From an uncultured Methanosarcinales archaeon (GTDB taxonomy: Archaea; Nanobdellota; Nanobdellia; Woesearchaeales; CAZJJJ01), in NCBI GenBank assembly GCA_964583935.1, contig CAZOXV010000003.1, forward strand, positions 5,463 through 20,406: a DNA stretch of 14,944 nt, in the 5' to 3' direction. The notes under the pieces were generated by a model that was not told the DNA's origin, made no database searches, and saw nothing but the letters and a program-made list of their open reading frames with translations. The translations under genes were made by a program, and so were the position numbers. Numbering within the stretch: the stretch's first letter is position 1; the number at the start of each line of letters is the position of its first letter. Below, in pieces: positions 13,059 through 14,944 of this stretch.

Positions 13059-13454
13059 ATGAGAGAAAACAAAGACATATTCGAGATTGATGGTAATGTC
13101 GTGGTTTGTACCAACGTCAGTGGAAAGAAAGATACTATCACTAAGAATAGTTGTTCTTGTGCTGGGTTTGGCTTTCGTAAGAACTGCCGTCATTTCACAG
13201 AAGCTAAGAGTCTCGGAATGCTGGACAAGATTGAAAACAAAGCTACAAAAAATTCCACAAACAAACGTAGTGCGCATCCTCAGCTTATAGAGTTCAGAAA
13301 GAAGGCAATCAAAGCATTCATAGAATCGAATGGACTTGAGGCTCCACAGTCACTAATAAATGTCGTTGAGCCTTACGTTACAAGCACTATGAAGCCTAAG
13401 AGATTTCTTGAGATTGTGAGAAGACTTTTAGAAGTTCGCAAAGAAAACTCTTGA
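13059..13454 (+). CDS. SWIM zinc-finger protein (CxCxnCxH: SCSCAGFGFRKNCRH), probably translated from a leaderless mRNA
   Basis: The track ORF 13011-13454 begins at a TTG that translates the promoter itself. The first ATG (13059) lies 6 nt after the -10, which is about the expected transcription start site, and it has no Shine-Dalgarno. Its stop TGA 13452-13454 is embedded in the next -35. Confidence 0.45.
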   Translation: MRENKDIFEIDGNVVVCTNVSGKKDTITKNSCSCAGFGFRKNCRHFTEAKSLGMLDKIENKATKNSTNKRSAHPQLIEFRKKAIKAFIESNGLEAPQSLINVVEPYVTSTMKPKRFLEIVRRLLEVRKENS

Positions 13455-13480
13455 CAATGACTGTGTAATTGATTATATTA
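13451..13480 (+). promoter_or_regulatory. Sigma70-like promoter: TTGACA (13451-13456), 17 bp spacer, TATATT (13474-13479)
   Basis: Direct read. GAAAGGA and ATG 13509 lie downstream. Confidence 0.6.
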
Positions 13481-13508
13481 TATATGTAATCAAAAGAAAG
13501 GATTCCCA

Positions 13509-14345
13509 ATGGCAAGATCAATGCTAACTAACGACAAAGTCCGCGATGAGATTAACGGACTCATTGAAATGTTCAAGGAGCCTGAGTCTCTTGAGACAAT
13601 CGCAAAGTCAATGTTTCGTCGTGGTCAAGATATCCCTTCCGACAACTGGTCGATCCTCAACCGTCTCATTATGATGCGTCATGGTTCGATGGACGCAAGA
13701 GGTCCGAAGACTTGGTTCAAAATTGGGCGTAAGGTAATGAAGGGTGGCTCATTCTGTATCATTGCTCCAAAGATGTTTCAGATTCCTGAGAAGGATGAAA
13801 ACGGAAATCCTATTCTTGACAGTAACGGAAAGGAAAAGAAAAAGGTAATTCTGGTTGGCTTCAAACCAATTCCCGTCTGGCCTGTTGAGAAGACTGAGGG
13901 TAAGGAAGTCGACTACAAGATGGACAAGGATTTGCCTGAGTTCATGTGTAAGGAAGTTGCCGAAAAGTGGGGTATCAAGGTCAAGCAGACTTTCGATAAC
14001 CCATCATTCTATGCTTACTTTTCTCCTGAAAAAGGAGAAATCGTTATGGCGACTGATAACCAGCAAACATTTTTTCACGAATTAGCGCATTGCGCGGACG
14101 CTAAAGTTCAGGGAAAAATCAAGACTGGTCAGGACGAAGTCCAGGAGATCGTCGCAGAGTTCGGAGCTTCTGTACTTATGAGAATGTTTGGGCTAAAGGC
14201 AGGAACCAAGAATACCTATGAGTATGTCAAGAAGTACGCAGACAATCTCAGTAAGGACCCAATCGATGCCGTGATTCCTCTTGTTAGTAGGATTAGTAAA
14301 GTAATCGAGCTTATTCTCAAAGAGAGCGAAAATCTTCAAAAGTAA
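13509..14345 (+). CDS. ardC: ArdC-like antirestriction protein (N-terminal ssDNA-binding DUF1738-like domain plus C-terminal HExxH metalloprotease-like domain)
   Basis: N-terminal …WFKIGRKVMKGGS… resembles the ArdC-N motif W.TF.QA..LGG.VRKGEKG. C-terminal FFHELAHCADAK matches the ArdC FHELxH zincin motif. The overall length fits. Confidence 0.55.
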   Translation: MARSMLTNDKVRDEINGLIEMFKEPESLETIAKSMFRRGQDIPSDNWSILNRLIMMRHGSMDARGPKTWFKIGRKVMKGGSFCIIAPKMFQIPEKDENGNPILDSNGKEKKKVILVGFKPIPVWPVEKTEGKEVDYKMDKDLPEFMCKEVAEKWGIKVKQTFDNPSFYAYFSPEKGEIVMATDNQQTFFHELAHCADAKVQGKIKTGQDEVQEIVAEFGASVLMRMFGLKAGTKNTYEYVKKYADNLSKDPIDAVIPLVSRISKVIELILKESENLQK

Positions 14346-14358
14346 GAAAGGATTAGAT

Positions 14359-14565
14359 ATGCTTACCTTCATTATGTGGTGTGCCATTTGTTTGTTCTTC
14401 CTTCGCAGAGTAATGGATATGATAGGAGACATGGTGAGAGCTTTTGATAGGTCAGACAATGAAGGAGAATTTGTGGGTGCTATGTTAGGAATTATTATTG
14501 GTCAAGGTCTCGACTGGATTTTCGCCATCTTCGCAATCAGGTACATTTTCAATTCAGTAATTTGA
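14359..14565 (+). CDS. Small membrane protein with two predicted TM helices
   Basis: ATG follows AAAGGAT. Hydrophobic segments FIMWCAICLFFL and GAMLGIIIGQGLDWIFAIFAI. Confidence 0.5.
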   Translation: MLTFIMWCAICLFFLRRVMDMIGDMVRAFDRSDNEGEFVGAMLGIIIGQGLDWIFAIFAIRYIFNSVI

Positions 14566-14589
14566 CACATCAACAATAAATAGAATACA

Positions 14590-14874
14590 ATGTTTGACTG
14601 TGAGCCTACTTGGCAAGAAAAGAAATCTGACAGAAAGAACAAGGTTGATAATATAAGACACTTCAAAATTGTTCATGTCTGTATGTGTTGTGGAAGAAAG
14701 ATTGAAACATTCTGGGACAATAATCACGAACTTGACGGAAGGTGGATGGCTTTTGGTGTTGAGTTCAGTGATTTATTCAATTGCTTTGTAGCATGGCCCA
14801 ATAAGGTTTTGTGTAATTGGTGCTTTGGTACTGGAGAATGGAAGAAGAGAGGATTGAATCTGAAGTTCAAATAG
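14590..14874 (+). CDS. Cys-rich putative zinc-ribbon protein (HVCMCCGRK … CNWCFGTGEW)
   Basis: ORF from the track. The spacing of the Cys residues suggests a metal site. The RBS is weak. Confidence 0.4.
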   Translation: MFDCEPTWQEKKSDRKNKVDNIRHFKIVHVCMCCGRKIETFWDNNHELDGRWMAFGVEFSDLFNCFVAWPNKVLCNWCFGTGEWKKRGLNLKFK

Positions 14875-14884
14875 GATTGTCATT

Positions 14885-14944
14885 ATGAGAACGTACAAGT
14901 ATCCGAGAACATTTCATCTCCCTTGGTCTCCGGGAGCAACCAAT
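14885..14944 (+). CDS. 5' end of a gene that runs off the window (MRTYKYPRTFHLPWSPGATN…)
   Basis: ATG 14885 lies 7 nt after AGGAT and the frame is open to the window edge. The KYPRT(F/P)HL(P)WS N-terminus reminds me of the start of some nucleic-acid ligase or repair enzymes, but I cannot confirm that from 20 residues. Confidence 0.35.
   Translation, partial: MRTYKYPRTFHLPWSPGATN

Noticed and set aside
13855-14085. Alternative-frame + strand ORF (76 aa) inside the ArdC-like gene; also the minus-strand ORFs at 14193-14459, 11598-12098 and 11474-11746
   Set aside because: They are embedded in or antisense to genes with clear family motifs, and no expression signals are present.
1-14944. Search for tRNA, rRNA, CRISPR repeats, an integrase or transposase, and long inverted or direct repeats
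   Set aside because: The intergenic gaps (9231-9306, 12948-13058, 14566-14589) are too short or are occupied by promoters. There are no repeat-spacer arrays and no recombinase-like ORF. The only recurrent repeats are the promoter elements already listed.

Overview
This 14.9 kb window is an AT-rich, very densely packed stretch in which every convincing gene lies on the + strand (about 30 genes). It reads like an early or accessory region of a large virulent phage. Many genes overlap by ATGA or TAATG, most have strong AGGAG-type ribosome-binding sites, and six near-identical sigma70-like promoters (AAAACTATTGACAAT, 17 bp spacer, TATATTATA) drive short operons. There is one clean rho-independent terminator. 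No rRNA, tRNA, CRISPR array or transposase is visible. The minus-strand ORFs in the track all sit antisense to strong + strand genes and look spurious.

Two things stand out:

- Complete deamidated NAD+ salvage (Preiss-Handler) set. PncA (nicotinamidase, 2506-3045), PncB (nicotinate phosphoribosyltransferase, 11076-12293), NadD (NaMN adenylyltransferase, 4466-5083) and NH3-dependent NadE (NAD synthetase, 3280-4134) are all present. A Nudix ADP-ribose pyrophosphatase (5083-5670) is translationally coupled to nadD, and a NADAR (YbiA-like) ADP-ribose-processing protein sits at 8736-9230. I read this as a candidate phage NAD+ reconstitution / anti-NADase counter-defence module. Its enzyme content differs from the described NARP1 (Adps+Namat) and NARP2 (Nampt+Nmnat) routes.
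- Phage-encoded major vault protein homolog. A 971-aa protein (5757-8672) has its own promoter and terminator. It shows MVP-type repeat domains (…VVVGPK…), the LSLS(A/T)GRPK segment, an SPFH-like shoulder and a C-terminal cap-helix coiled coil, plus a unique ~150-aa N-terminal extension.

Other content:
- an ArdC-like antirestriction protein
- a cyclic-phosphate-processing receiver (CPR)-like domain protein
- a monothiol thioredoxin-like protein
- a CxxCxxCC metal-binding protein
- a SWIM zinc-finger protein that appears to be translated from a leaderless mRNA
- a HAD-like hydrolase with an unusual DxH motif
- a predicted lipoprotein
- several small membrane or Cys-rich proteins

All functional calls rest on my own reading of motifs and remembered family signatures. 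No database search was run.
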